Of a stretch of DNA of 64,000 nucleotides, positions 18,721-28,487 are shown one piece after another. The notes under the pieces were generated by a model. The model was not told where the DNA came from. It did no database searches and saw nothing but the letters and a program-made list of their open reading frames with translations. Location: positions 1-64,000 of the IMG/VR virus record IMGVR_UViG_2630968933_000007; one strand, given 5' to 3'. The number at the start of each line of letters is the position of its first letter. Position 1 is the stretch's first letter. This DNA comes from a virus (taxonomy: Duplodnaviria; Heunggongvirae; Uroviricota; Caudoviricetes). Made by a program: the position numbers and the translations under genes.

Positions 18721-18957
18721 GTTGGATAAAAAAAAGCCCGCGCCGGGAAGCGCGGGTGGCAAGGAATAAACAACAAAACGTGAAGTGATCAATTTTCAGC
18801 TGGCGAATAATACCTGATAGTAATCACTCTGCGCAACTGTATGGTCTTTTTCGTATTGCGGGCTGTAGTCATCCTCCTGTTTCTGAACCCTTGTCCATGA
18901 CTGACGTCAGCCCGCACCTTATCTTGATTGCATACACTATCCCTGCCGGGAGGAATA

Positions 18958-20931
18958 ATGGCATTTAAACACTATGACGTGGTCAGGGCATCATCGCCGT
19001 CAGACCTCGCAGGAAAACTGACGCAAAAACTGAAGGAAGGCTGGCAACCCTATGGTAGTCCGATTATCTCAAACGCGGGTTATGGTGCTGAATTTATCCA
19101 GGCTATAGTCGCTGAAGGGGATATGACCTCTCCGGTAGTTTCACCGGGGGGAGATGGTACCCGGACTGTTGTTGTTGAACCAGAATATTACTTTGTCATT
19201 GCGCTGGCCGGACAGTCAAACGGCATGGCGTATGGTGAAGGCCTGCCGCTGCCGGAGACATATGACCGTCCGGACCCGCGTATTAAACAGCTGGCGCGTC
19301 GCAGTACGGTGACACCGGGTGGTGCGGCCTGTGCATATAACGACATCATTCCGGCGGACCACTGCCTGCATGATGTGCAGGATTTGAGCCGTTTTTCTCA
19401 TCCGAAAGCCAGCGCAGAGCAGTATGGGTGTGTCGGACAGGGATTGCATATTGCCAAAAAGCTGTTGCCCTTTATGCCGGAAAATGCGGGTATTTTGTTA
19501 GTGCCGTGCTGTCGTGGTGGGTCTGCGTTTACAGCCGGTGCTGACGGAACGTTCAGTGAAAGTTCAGGAGCGTCGGATAAATCTGAACGATGGGGCGTTG
19601 ATAAGCCGTTGTATAAAGACCTGCTGACACGCACTCAGGCCGCGCTGAAGGCAAACCCCAAAAACATACTGCTTTGTGTTGTCTGGATGCAGGGCGAGTT
19701 TGATTTAAAACAGGGAGCGTACGCCAGTCAGCCCGCCATGTTTGATGCCATGGTGGAAAAATACCGTTCTGACCTGGCGGGAGTATCCGGTCAGTGCGCT
19801 GGTGCTTCTCCTTCTCTGGTGCCCTGGATTTGTGGTGACACGACGTACTACTGGAAGGAGACGTATTCAGCGCAATACGATGCCGTCTATGGCGCATACA
19901 AAACCAAAGCCGGTAAAAATATCTTCTTTGTGCCGTTTATGATGGATGACAATGGTCAGAAAGTCGGGACCAATGAACCGTCAGAAGACCCGGATATTCC
20001 GGCTATCGGGTATTATGGTTCCGGTGGACGAACGGATGCGAAGAGCTGGACAACATCCGATCGTAAAACCCACTTTGGTTCATGGGCGCGTCGCGGAATT
20101 ATTTCCGACCGTCTGGCAACAGCCATTCTTCTGCATGTGGGCAGAGTGGCAGATTTTGTTTCCGGGAAAGTGACAAAAGCCGCGGTTTCTTCAGGCGGAG
20201 GCGTATCGCAACCAGCACAGGAGAGTGGCGATACTCAGCCTGAATCCGTTGTCCCGACAAAGATACAGTCAGTGCTGGCTTATGATGCGAATGCGGAAAA
20301 TGCCGATCTGGCTTCGCAGGGCTGGACGCTGACAGATGTCAAAAACACGCTGGTCAGTGACAGTGGTTCAGGTAAAAAAGCCCTTCGTCTTGAAAAACCA
20401 GAAAATGGTCTTGCACAGAAAAAGACCTGGAAAGTATCGCACGCAATTGATGCCGGTAAGGGGAAGGAGCTGTTCGATAACGGCGGTGAAATCACGCTGC
20501 GCTTTAAAATCCCCGATGATGTATCTCTCAATGCTTCTGCAAATCAATATTCTGCGGGTATTTACTGGCGCGGTAGTGGATGGCCGGGAGCGGAATCAGA
20601 GGAGGGTTATATTGCGGCCTTCTATCTGCAGACTGATAAAACAAACATCAATGTGATGTATCATGCAAACACCACATCACAGCGGCTTGGTAGTTATGGT
20701 CCGTTCGATCACGACTGGCACACGCTGACTTTCCGCTTCCCGGGTGGTGGCTCGCTGAACGTCACGCCGGTGCTTGATAATGCAGCAGGAAAACCGTTTA
20801 CGCTGACCAGATGGACGAATGCAGCCTTTGAGGCCAACGCGCTGGCAATTACGGATATTACCGGAAATGCGGCAACTTACCCTGTGCTGATTGAAAGTCT
20901 TACTGTTGGTGTGAATGCCGTAGCAGCATAA
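18958..20931 (+). CDS. nanS: Prophage sialate O-acetylesterase NanS-p-like (DUF1737 N-terminus + SGNH hydrolase)
   Basis: N-terminal MAFKHYDVVRASSPSDLAGKL...; SGNH block ALAGQSNGMAYG; position downstream of Q as in Stx phages. Confidence 0.8.
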   Translation: MAFKHYDVVRASSPSDLAGKLTQKLKEGWQPYGSPIISNAGYGAEFIQAIVAEGDMTSPVVSPGGDGTRTVVVEPEYYFVIALAGQSNGMAYGEGLPLPETYDRPDPRIKQLARRSTVTPGGAACAYNDIIPADHCLHDVQDLSRFSHPKASAEQYGCVGQGLHIAKKLLPFMPENAGILLVPCCRGGSAFTAGADGTFSESSGASDKSERWGVDKPLYKDLLTRTQAALKANPKNILLCVVWMQGEFDLKQGAYASQPAMFDAMVEKYRSDLAGVSGQCAGASPSLVPWICGDTTYYWKETYSAQYDAVYGAYKTKAGKNIFFVPFMMDDNGQKVGTNEPSEDPDIPAIGYYGSGGRTDAKSWTTSDRKTHFGSWARRGIISDRLATAILLHVGRVADFVSGKVTKAAVSSGGGVSQPAQESGDTQPESVVPTKIQSVLAYDANAENADLASQGWTLTDVKNTLVSDSGSGKKALRLEKPENGLAQKKTWKVSHAIDAGKGKELFDNGGEITLRFKIPDDVSLNASANQYSAGIYWRGSGWPGAESEEGYIAAFYLQTDKTNINVMYHANTTSQRLGSYGPFDHDWHTLTFRFPGGGSLNVTPVLDNAAGKPFTLTRWTNAAFEANALAITDITGNAATYPVLIESLTVGVNAVAA

Positions 20932-21071
20932 CAGACGAAAAAAACCGCCAGCAACAGGAATGGAGACTGGCGGAGGTAATCCCAATGGAGAATCTAACGA
21001 AAGGATGCTTTCGACATCAATCATTTCTAAATGAAAACAGTTCTCATTGTCAACAGTAACGGTAATAAACC

Positions 21072-21266
21072 ATGACATTCATCAACCAGTTAATGCTGTA
21101 CTTCTGTACGGTGGTCTGTGTGTTGTATCTGCTTTCGGGTGGATACAGGGCAGTACGCGACTTCTGGCGCAGACAGATTGACAAAAGGGCCGCTGAGAAA
21201 ATCAGCGCCACTCAGTCAGCCGGAGCAAAAACAGAAGCCCCACTCATTCCGGAACAACCTTCTTAA
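21072..21266 (+). CDS. Hypothetical small membrane protein
   Basis: 64-aa ORF with N-terminal hydrophobic segment. Confidence 0.4.
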   Translation: MTFINQLMLYFCTVVCVLYLLSGGYRAVRDFWRRQIDKRAAEKISATQSAGAKTEAPLIPEQPS

Positions 21267-21291
21267 TAACCCCTTTCAACGAGAAAATCTC

Positions 21292-21582
21292 ATGACAGAT
21301 ATAAAACAACTGGTCACTGCTGAGGCAGTGAAGGAAGTCATTCGCTCTGAAGAAGTCAGAAGCGTCCTGAAACAAAAACTCCGCCAGAATCTGGAAGAGC
21401 GTCTTGATGCAGAAGTGGATTCAATTCTGGATGAATTGCTTGGTGCACAGCCGGAACCATCCCCGGAACTGCTTCCGGAACCACAGGCGGAAGATGTCAC
21501 CACGGAAAATGGTGATATTCAGCCGGAGTCACCGGTGACGGATATGACAGACACACAACCCGAACCGGGCACAATGCTGTAA
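21292..21582 (+). CDS. Hypothetical acidic protein
   Basis: 97-aa ORF. Confidence 0.4.
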   Translation: MTDIKQLVTAEAVKEVIRSEEVRSVLKQKLRQNLEERLDAEVDSILDELLGAQPEPSPELLPEPQAEDVTTENGDIQPESPVTDMTDTQPEPGTML

Positions 21583-21592
21583 CGGCGGGGCA

Positions 21593-21624
21593 GGGCCATC
21601 AGTAAAACACTGATGGCCTTTTTT
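21593..21624 (+). terminator. Intrinsic terminator (ggccatcag...ctgatggcc + T6)
   Basis: 9-bp perfect stem followed by tttttt, just upstream of holin gene. Confidence 0.65.
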
Positions 21625-21658
21625 ATTTCCGGTAGCACAGGTCTGTCGGGGCGGGGAT

Positions 21659-21874
21659 ATGTATCAGATGGAAAAAATATCAACGGGCATAGCCTATGGT
21701 ACTTCTGCGGGCAGTGCGGGTTACTGGTTTCTACAGTGGTTGGATCAGGTTACTCCGTCACAGTGGGCTGCTATCGGGGTTTTGGGGAGCCTGTGTCTGG
21801 GGTTCCTGACATACCTGACGAATCTGTATTTCAAGATTAAAGAAGACCGGCGCAAAGCTGCGCGGGGAGAGTAA
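21659..21874 (+). CDS. S: Pinholin S21-type holin/antiholin (dual start MYQM)
   Basis: ...[64 protein letters not shown] matches phage 21 S. Confidence 0.85.
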   Translation: MYQMEKISTGIAYGTSAGSAGYWFLQWLDQVTPSQWAAIGVLGSLCLGFLTYLTNLYFKIKEDRRKAARGE

Positions 21875-21878
21875 GCTG

Positions 21879-22412
21879 ATGAGCAGGAAACTCCACTATG
21901 GTTTATCGGTAGCCGTTCTGGCGCTGATTGCGGCAGGTGCTTCTGCGCCTGAAATCCTCGACCAGTTTCTTGACGAAAAAGAAGGTAACCACACCACGGC
22001 ATACCGTGATGGTGCGGGGATCTGGACCATCTGCCGTGGTGCCATCATGGTGGATGGCAAACCTGTCGTCCCGGGCATGAAGTTGTCGAAGGAAAAATGC
22101 GCTCAGGTTAATGCCATTGAGCGTGATAAGGCGCTGGCATGGGTGGAGAAAAACATCAGATTGCCACTGACTGAACCGCAGAAAGCGGGCATCGCGTCAT
22201 TCTGTCCGTACAACATCGGGCCTTCTAAGTGCTTCCCGTCAACGTTTTACCGGAAACTGAACGCCGGAGACCGGAAAGGTGCATGTGCTGAAATCCGCCG
22301 ATGGATATATGACGGTGGCAGAGACTGCCGTATTCGTTCAAACAACTGTTACGGTCAAGTATCCCGTCGTGACCAGGAGAGCGCGCTGGCGTGCTGGGGA
22401 ATTGACAGATAA
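21879..22412 (+). CDS. R: SAR endolysin (lysozyme with N-terminal signal-anchor-release segment)
   Basis: N-terminal hydrophobic LSVAVLALIAAGASA then lysozyme-like body; follows holin. Confidence 0.8.
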   Translation: MSRKLHYGLSVAVLALIAAGASAPEILDQFLDEKEGNHTTAYRDGAGIWTICRGAIMVDGKPVVPGMKLSKEKCAQVNAIERDKALAWVEKNIRLPLTEPQKAGIASFCPYNIGPSKCFPSTFYRKLNAGDRKGACAEIRRWIYDGGRDCRIRSNNCYGQVSRRDQESALACWGIDR

Positions 22413-22568
22413 GCAGAATATTTTGCTGAAAAATGCGGTTTGCTCACACGGACGGATAACACGAAATCCTGCGAACTGACAAAAACTAAGTGAATAAAAG
22501 TAAAAACCCCGTTTGTTGGCTGCAAGCGGGGTTTTGTGTTTCTGACCTTGAGTAAGGCAAGGGAGAAC

Positions 22569-22751
22569 ATGGCGAAGTATAAACGAATTCTGTTGAGGTT
22601 GACTATGAAAAATGGCCTTGAACTGAAAGCGCCTGTAACTGATGACATCAGCAGAGCACTGGCTTTTGCCATTAAGTGGGTGGCGGTCGGTGTTGCTGTG
22701 TCCCCGATGCTGTATGGGCTGGCAAAACTGGTCATTGCGTTGAAATCGTGA
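22569..22751 (+). CDS. Hypothetical small membrane protein
   Basis: 60 aa, SD gggaga, C-terminal TM segment. Confidence 0.4.
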   Translation: MAKYKRILLRLTMKNGLELKAPVTDDISRALAFAIKWVAVGVAVSPMLYGLAKLVIALKS

Positions 22752-22765
22752 AGGGAGGATTAAGC

Positions 22766-22897
22766 ATGTCAGACAAACTCATAACGCTGGCGAAGATCCT
22801 CTGTGTAATTGTCGGCATTTCATTTTCACTAATGCTGGTTGCCATTTTCTTTTCCACCGCCTGGCGAGTCCTGACGTTATCGGGACTGGTGGGGTGA
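22766..22897 (+). CDS. Hypothetical small hydrophobic protein
   Basis: 43 aa, SD agggagg, single TM segment. Confidence 0.35.
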   Translation: MSDKLITLAKILCVIVGISFSLMLVAIFFSTAWRVLTLSGLVG

Positions 22898-22904
22898 AAG
22901 AGAG

Positions 22905-23346
22905 ATGAGCCGTGTTCTGTGTGTGGTGATTATTGTCCTGGCGGGTGGCTCATTACCGCGATAACGCCATCACCTACAAAGCGCAGCGCGATAAAAAAGC
23001 CAGAGAGCTGGAGCTGGCAAACGCCACCATTACTGATATGCAGGTGCGCCAGCGCGATGTTGCTGCGCTCGATGCAAAATACTCGAGGGAATTAGCCGAT
23101 GCGAGAGCTGAAAATGAAACTCTGCGTGCTGATGTTGCTGCTGGTCGTAAGCGCCTGCGGATCAACGCCACCTGCTCCGGTACCGTGCGTGAAGCCACCG
23201 GCACCTCCGGCATGGATAATGCAACCGGCCCCCGACTGGCAGACACCGCTGAACGGGATTATTTCACCCTCAGAGAGCGGTTGATGATGATGCAGAAGCA
23301 GCTGGAAGGGGCACAGGAATATATCCGCACTCAGTGCCTGAAATAA
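22905..23346 (+). pseudogene. Rz: Rz i-spanin, apparently frameshifted in the N-terminal transmembrane region
   Basis: ATG 22905 frame gives [19 protein letters not shown] then stop at 22962; body ...[20 protein letters not shown]... continues in +1 frame from 22933. Confidence 0.6.
23099..23284 (+). CDS. Rz1: Rz1 o-spanin lipoprotein (embedded in Rz, +1 frame)
   Basis: [20 protein letters not shown] lipobox, Pro-rich ...[30 protein letters not shown]. Confidence 0.8.
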   Translation: MRELKMKLCVLMLLLVVSACGSTPPAPVPCVKPPAPPAWIMQPAPDWQTPLNGIISPSESG

Positions 23347-23647
23347 GTTTTGCTGATGCGCCGTATCGTCGCAGTATTCCCGCATTAACAGAGACCTCAG
23401 CCAGACACTGGACCTCCTGCGCGAGTGTGTGGGGATAATCAAAAACGATGCACACCGGGCTTTCCACGTTTTCAGGTAACGTGAGCGTTTTCCCGCATGG
23501 CCGCCTGTCCGGTGCGGTGGTGGGAGAAACCGGATAAAACAACCATATTGTGTAAATATCAATCAAACAAGACGCTGCTGTGTGAATTCTGAAAAATCAC
23601 AGCGGTCATTATGCGTCAGTTTTTAACAGAGGACGTCAGAAAGTGAC

Positions 23648-24499
23648 ATGGCAAAGCTGGACTGGAAAAAACTGGAGCAGGCATTCCGACGCGAACATGC
23701 CAGAACTGGCATAAAACTTCAGGACTGGTGTCGACAGAACAATATCTGCTATGGCACGGCTCGTCGGTACATAAAACTGCGCAAAAACTCCCCCAAAAAT
23801 ACAGAGGAAAGTGCGCAGAAAAATGCGCAAAAAAGTGCGCAAATTGACACTCAAAAAAGCGCACAAAAAAATGCGCATGGAGCTGATGACGAGTCCAGTA
23901 ATGACGAGTCTTACGGCGATGATGGCAGTGATGAAAAATGCGCAAAAAACTGCGCAAATTCGGCAGAAACGAAACGCAACAGCAGATCGGGCAATCCTCA
24001 CCCCGTTGCCCGGTTTAGCGACCGTAACACCCACGCCGTGAGACACCGTGGATATGCGAAGTATCTTGAGGCAGATAACCTCATGGATGATGCGTCCGAT
24101 ATGGTGCTGTTCGATGAACTGGTGTTCACCCGTGCCCGCGCACTTTCAGTAACAGGAACACTGAAAAAAATGTTCGCCGACCTGAAAGAGGCGGCTGACG
24201 TGGAAACCCGTGTTGCCCTGTACGACAAAATACTTAAAGCCGAACAGGCTCTTGACCGGAATATTGCCCGTATCGAGTCAATTGAACGCTCATTGCTGAC
24301 GCTGGACGTTCTGGCGGAAACAGCACCAAAACTTCGTGCTGACCGGGAAAGAATCAACGCCGCCAGAGATAAACTCAGAGCGGAAACCGATATTCTGACC
24401 AGCCAGCGCCGGGGGGTTATTACGCCAGTCAGTGACATCGTGTCATCGCTGCATGAAATGAGTAATTCGGGGAGACTGGATGACATTCCGGAAGAATGA
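23648..24499 (+). CDS. Terminase small subunit (putative)
   Basis: HTH-like N-terminus, position directly upstream of terminase large subunit; internal repeat array. Confidence 0.6.
   Translation: MAKLDWKKLEQAFRREHARTGIKLQDWCRQNNICYGTARRYIKLRKNSPKNTEESAQKNAQKSAQIDTQKSAQKNAHGADDESSNDESYGDDGSDEKCAKNCANSAETKRNSRSGNPHPVARFSDRNTHAVRHRGYAKYLEADNLMDDASDMVLFDELVFTRARALSVTGTLKKMFADLKEAADVETRVALYDKILKAEQALDRNIARIESIERSLLTLDVLAETAPKLRADRERINAARDKLRAETDILTSQRRGVITPVSDIVSSLHEMSNSGRLDDIPEE
23778..23960 (+). repeat. Array of ~8 TGCGCA + A-tract repeats inside the terS gene (candidate pac/terminase recognition site)
   Basis: ctgcgcaaaaa, gtgcgcagaaaaa, tgcgcaaaaaa, gtgcgcaaatt, agcgcacaaaaaaa, tgcgcatgg, atgcgcaaaaaa, ctgcgcaaatt. 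Confidence 0.6.
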
Positions 24500-26186
24500 A
24501 CCGCGATGTGATGAACCGTCAGAAATGACCGGGACCGAACAACGTCTGTTCATCATGACTAAACTGAGCAATCCCTGGTGGCGCCTCAATCATCTCTACA
24601 AAATACAGAACGAAAAAGGTGAACTGGTCACCTTCAGAATGCGACCGGCGCAACGTCAGTTGTTTCGTAACATGCATAATAAAAACATTATCCTGAAAGC
24701 GCGCCAGCTGGGATTTTCCACAGCCATTGATATTTATCTTCTCGACCAGGCATTATTCATTCCGCATCTCAAATGCGGGATTGTCGCTCAGGATAAACAG
24801 GCTGCCAGTGAAATTTTCCGCACCAAAATTGCTGTACCGTTTGATCATCTTCCTGACTGGCTGAGAGCCTCATTCACCATCGTTGAACGTCGTAGCGGAG
24901 CCAGCGGTGGCTATATCCTGTTTGGTCACGGCTCGAGTATCCAGGTGGCAACCTCATTCCGTTCAGGTACGGTGCAGCGCCTGCATATCTCAGAGCACGG
25001 CAAAATTTGCGCAAAATATCCGGCTAAGGCGAAAGAACTGCGAACCGGTACACTTAATGCCGTCTCTGATGAGTGCATTATCTTTGATGAATCCACTGCT
25101 GAAGGTGTGGGTGGCGATTTTTACGAGATGAGTAACCGGGCACAGGAAATCACTGCATCAGGGCTGGCGCTGACGCCACAGGATTATAAATTCCATTTTT
25201 ACGCCTGGTGGCAGGATCTCAAATACAGCGCCAGAGTGCCGGAAAGCGGACTTAAGCTGTCACGGGAAAAAACAGCGTATTTTTCTGCGGTTGAAAAAGC
25301 AATGAACATCACGCTTACCGATGAGCAGAAACACTGGTACATCTGCAAGGAAACTGAACAGCGTGAGGAAATGAAGCAGGAATTTCCCTCAACGCCACAG
25401 GAGGCGTTTCTGACGTCAGGACGACGGGTGTTCAGTGCGGAAAGCACGCTGCAGGCAGAGTCATTCTGTTCGCCACCGCTGATTGTTTATGACATTGAAC
25501 CGGTTACAGGAACGAAGACCAAAGCGCAGTCTCTGCGTGACGGGAATAAAGCCGAACAGCACCGGACGCTGATGAATTATCTGCTGGTCTGGGAGCTGCC
25601 GGATCCGGATGAAGAGTATGTATGCGGAGCGGATACCGCTGAGGGGCTGGAGCACGGAGACCGCTCATCGCTGGATATCATCAGATGCAGTAATGGTGAG
25701 CAGGTGGCTCACTGGTTTGGTCATCTCGATGCGGAGCTTTTCGCTCATCTCATTGCGCAGGTCTGCCGTATGTACAACAATGCGTTTGTGGGGCCGGAGC
25801 GTAACAATCACGGACATGCCGTTATCCTGAAACTCAGGGAACTCTATCCGACGCGTTATATCTACAACGAACAGCACCTTGACCAGGCATATGACGACGA
25901 TACGCCCCGTCTTGGCTGGCTGACAACCCGCCAGAGTAAACCGGTCCTGACAGAGGGAATGAAAACGCTGCTGAATAACGGCCTGTCGGGGATCCGCTGG
26001 TCGGGCACATTATCAGAAATGAACACCTACGTTTATGACGCGAAAGGCTCCATGAATGCACAGGAAGGCTGTTTTGATGATCAGCTTATGAGCTACATGA
26101 TTGCCCAGGAGATGCGCGCCAGAATGCCGGTGAGGGTAAAACAGAAAACGGATAAACGCAGAACCACACACTGGATGGCTCACTGA
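24480..26186 (+). CDS. Terminase large subunit
   Basis: 568-aa ORF with ATPase and nuclease-like regions; follows terS. Confidence 0.85.
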   Translation: MTFRKNEPRCDEPSEMTGTEQRLFIMTKLSNPWWRLNHLYKIQNEKGELVTFRMRPAQRQLFRNMHNKNIILKARQLGFSTAIDIYLLDQALFIPHLKCGIVAQDKQAASEIFRTKIAVPFDHLPDWLRASFTIVERRSGASGGYILFGHGSSIQVATSFRSGTVQRLHISEHGKICAKYPAKAKELRTGTLNAVSDECIIFDESTAEGVGGDFYEMSNRAQEITASGLALTPQDYKFHFYAWWQDLKYSARVPESGLKLSREKTAYFSAVEKAMNITLTDEQKHWYICKETEQREEMKQEFPSTPQEAFLTSGRRVFSAESTLQAESFCSPPLIVYDIEPVTGTKTKAQSLRDGNKAEQHRTLMNYLLVWELPDPDEEYVCGADTAEGLEHGDRSSLDIIRCSNGEQVAHWFGHLDAELFAHLIAQVCRMYNNAFVGPERNNHGHAVILKLRELYPTRYIYNEQHLDQAYDDDTPRLGWLTTRQSKPVLTEGMKTLLNNGLSGIRWSGTLSEMNTYVYDAKGSMNAQEGCFDDQLMSYMIAQEMRARMPVRVKQKTDKRRTTHWMAH

Positions 26187-28330
26187 TGAAAAATGAAACT
26201 AATACCATGGCGACGAAAAACGACAACGGAGCCACGCCGCGTTTTTCTCAGCGCCAGTTACAGGCGCTTTGTTCTGATATTGACAGTCAGCCTAAATGGC
26301 GCGATGCCGCAAACAAGGCCTGTGCGTATTACGATGGTGACCAGTTGCCACCGGAAGTTCTCCAGGTGTTGAAAGATCGCGGTCAGCCGATGACCATCCA
26401 TAACCTCATCGCGCCTACCGTTGATGGTGTTCTGGGTATGGAGGCCAAAACGCGGACTGATCTGTTGGTGATATCAGATGATCCTGATGATGAAACAGAA
26501 AAACTGGCTGAAGCTATTAATGCTGAATTTGCCGATGCTTGCCGCCTTGGAAATATGAATAAAGCCCGTTCTGATGCCTATGCGGAACAAATCAAAGCGG
26601 GGCTCAGCTGGGTGGAGGTCAGACGGAACAGCGATCCGTTCGGGCCTGAGTTTAAGGTGTCTACTGTCAGCCGGAATGAAGTGTTCTGGGACTGGCTCAG
26701 CCGGGAGGCTGATTTAAGTGACTGCCGCTGGCTGATGCGCCGCCGCTGGATGGATACCGATGAGGCAAAAGCCACATTTCCGGGAATGGCTCAGGTTATC
26801 GATTATGCCATTGATGACTGGCGTGGTTTTGTCGATACCACGGTTACTGAAGGCCAGCCCAGTCCGTTGATGAGTGCATGGGAAGAGTATCAGTCATGGG
26901 ATCGACAGCAGAACGAATGGCTTCAGCGTGAACGCCGTCGTGTGCTGCTTCAGGTGGTTTATTACCGTACATTCGAGCGTCTTCCGGTGATTGAACTCAG
27001 TAATGGACGGGTGGTGGCCTTTGATAAAAATAATCTGATGCATGCGGTGGCTGTGGCATCCGGGCGGGTGCAGGTGAGAGTCGGGCGGGTAAGTCGTATT
27101 CGTGAAGCCTGGTTTGTGGGACCGCACTTTATTGTGGATCGCCCCTGTAGTGCGCCGCAGGGGATGTTCCCGCTGGTTCCCTTCTGGGGATACCGGAAGG
27201 ATAAAACCGGGGAGCCTTACGGGCTGATTTCCCGGGCCATTCCGGCACAGGATGAGGTGAATTTTCGTCGTATAAAACTGACGTGGTTGCTTCAGGCCAA
27301 ACGCGTGATTATGGACGAGGATGCCACCCAGTTGTCAGACAACGAGCTGATGGAGCAGATCGAGCGTCCGGATGGCATTATTAAACTGAATCCGGCCCGA
27401 AAAAATCAGAAAAGCGTTGCTGATGTTTTCCGGGTTGAACAGGATTTTCAGGTTGCCAGCCAGCAGTTTCAGGTCATGCAGGAGTCGGAAAAACTTATCC
27501 AGGACACGATGGGGGTTTATTCCGCATTTCTCGGGCAGGATTCAAATGCATCGTCCGGTGTGGCGATCAGCAACCTGGTGGAGCAGGGAGCCACAACCCT
27601 TGCCGAAATCAACGATAACTACCAGTTTGCCTGCCAGCAGGTGGGAAGGCTGTTGCTCGCTTATCTTCTTGATGACCTGAAAAAGCGGCGCAATCATGCG
27701 GTGGTGATTAATCGCGATGATCGTCAGCGTCGCCAGACCATTGTCCTCAATGCTGAAGGTGATAATGGTGAACTGACCAATGATATTTCAAGGTTAAATA
27801 CACATATTGCGCTGGCTCCTGTTCAGCAGACACCGGCGTTTAAGGCACAGCTTGCACAGAGAATGTCAGAGGTTATTCAGGGGCTGCCGCCTCAGGTGCA
27901 GGCTGTTGTGCTCGATCTGTGGGTTAATCTTCTGGATGTGCCGCAGAAACAGGAATTTGTCGAACGTATTCGTGCGGCGCTGGGGACGCCAAAATCACCG
28001 GATGAGATGACTCCGGAAGAGCAGGAAGCGGCAGCACAACAGCAGGCGCTGGAGCAACAGCAGGCAGAACTTCAGATGCGCGAAATGACAGGCCGGGTGG
28101 CTAAACTGGAAGCAGAAGCTGCCAGGGCACGCGCGGCTGCGCAACGGGATAATGCTGGCGCACAACGGGATGTCGCCGCGGCACAGGGACAGCGTTATGT
28201 GGATGCGCTTAACCAGGCACATACGGCAGAAATCATTACCGGCATACAGAATATGGAACAGGAGCAGGAAGTTCTTCAGCAACAGATGCTGCATACACTA
28301 CAACAGCGGATGCATGAAATGCCGCTCTGA
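26186..28330 (+). CDS. Portal protein (714 aa)
   Basis: Large ORF coupled to terL stop (ATGA), coiled-coil Gln/Ala-rich C-terminus. Confidence 0.8.
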   Translation: MKNETNTMATKNDNGATPRFSQRQLQALCSDIDSQPKWRDAANKACAYYDGDQLPPEVLQVLKDRGQPMTIHNLIAPTVDGVLGMEAKTRTDLLVISDDPDDETEKLAEAINAEFADACRLGNMNKARSDAYAEQIKAGLSWVEVRRNSDPFGPEFKVSTVSRNEVFWDWLSREADLSDCRWLMRRRWMDTDEAKATFPGMAQVIDYAIDDWRGFVDTTVTEGQPSPLMSAWEEYQSWDRQQNEWLQRERRRVLLQVVYYRTFERLPVIELSNGRVVAFDKNNLMHAVAVASGRVQVRVGRVSRIREAWFVGPHFIVDRPCSAPQGMFPLVPFWGYRKDKTGEPYGLISRAIPAQDEVNFRRIKLTWLLQAKRVIMDEDATQLSDNELMEQIERPDGIIKLNPARKNQKSVADVFRVEQDFQVASQQFQVMQESEKLIQDTMGVYSAFLGQDSNASSGVAISNLVEQGATTLAEINDNYQFACQQVGRLLLAYLLDDLKKRRNHAVVINRDDRQRRQTIVLNAEGDNGELTNDISRLNTHIALAPVQQTPAFKAQLAQRMSEVIQGLPPQVQAVVLDLWVNLLDVPQKQEFVERIRAALGTPKSPDEMTPEEQEAAAQQQALEQQQAELQMREMTGRVAKLEAEAARARAAAQRDNAGAQRDVAAAQGQRYVDALNQAHTAEIITGIQNMEQEQEVLQQQMLHTLQQRMHEMPL

Positions 28331-28348
28331 AAATCCTGAACTTAACGG

Positions 28349-28374
28349 AACCCCGTCATCGTACGGGGTTTTTT
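28349..28374 (+). terminator. Intrinsic terminator (ccccgt...acgggg + T6)
   Basis: Hairpin followed by tttttt after portal gene. Confidence 0.6.
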
Positions 28375-28487
28375 GTTTCCGGAGATAAGCGTTCCGGGAG
28401 CGGTGCGCTTATTCGCGGGGGCAGCGATAAGCCTTATTTACTCAACCATTCGGATCTGTCCGATAAACAGACCATGCGGAGTTATTT

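Noticed and set aside
17510-21650. Searched for Shiga-toxin genes (stxA/stxB) between Q and the lysis genes
   Set aside because: The only large ORF is the nanS-p-like esterase; no ORFs of stxA/stxB size or signal-peptide/A-B architecture are present.
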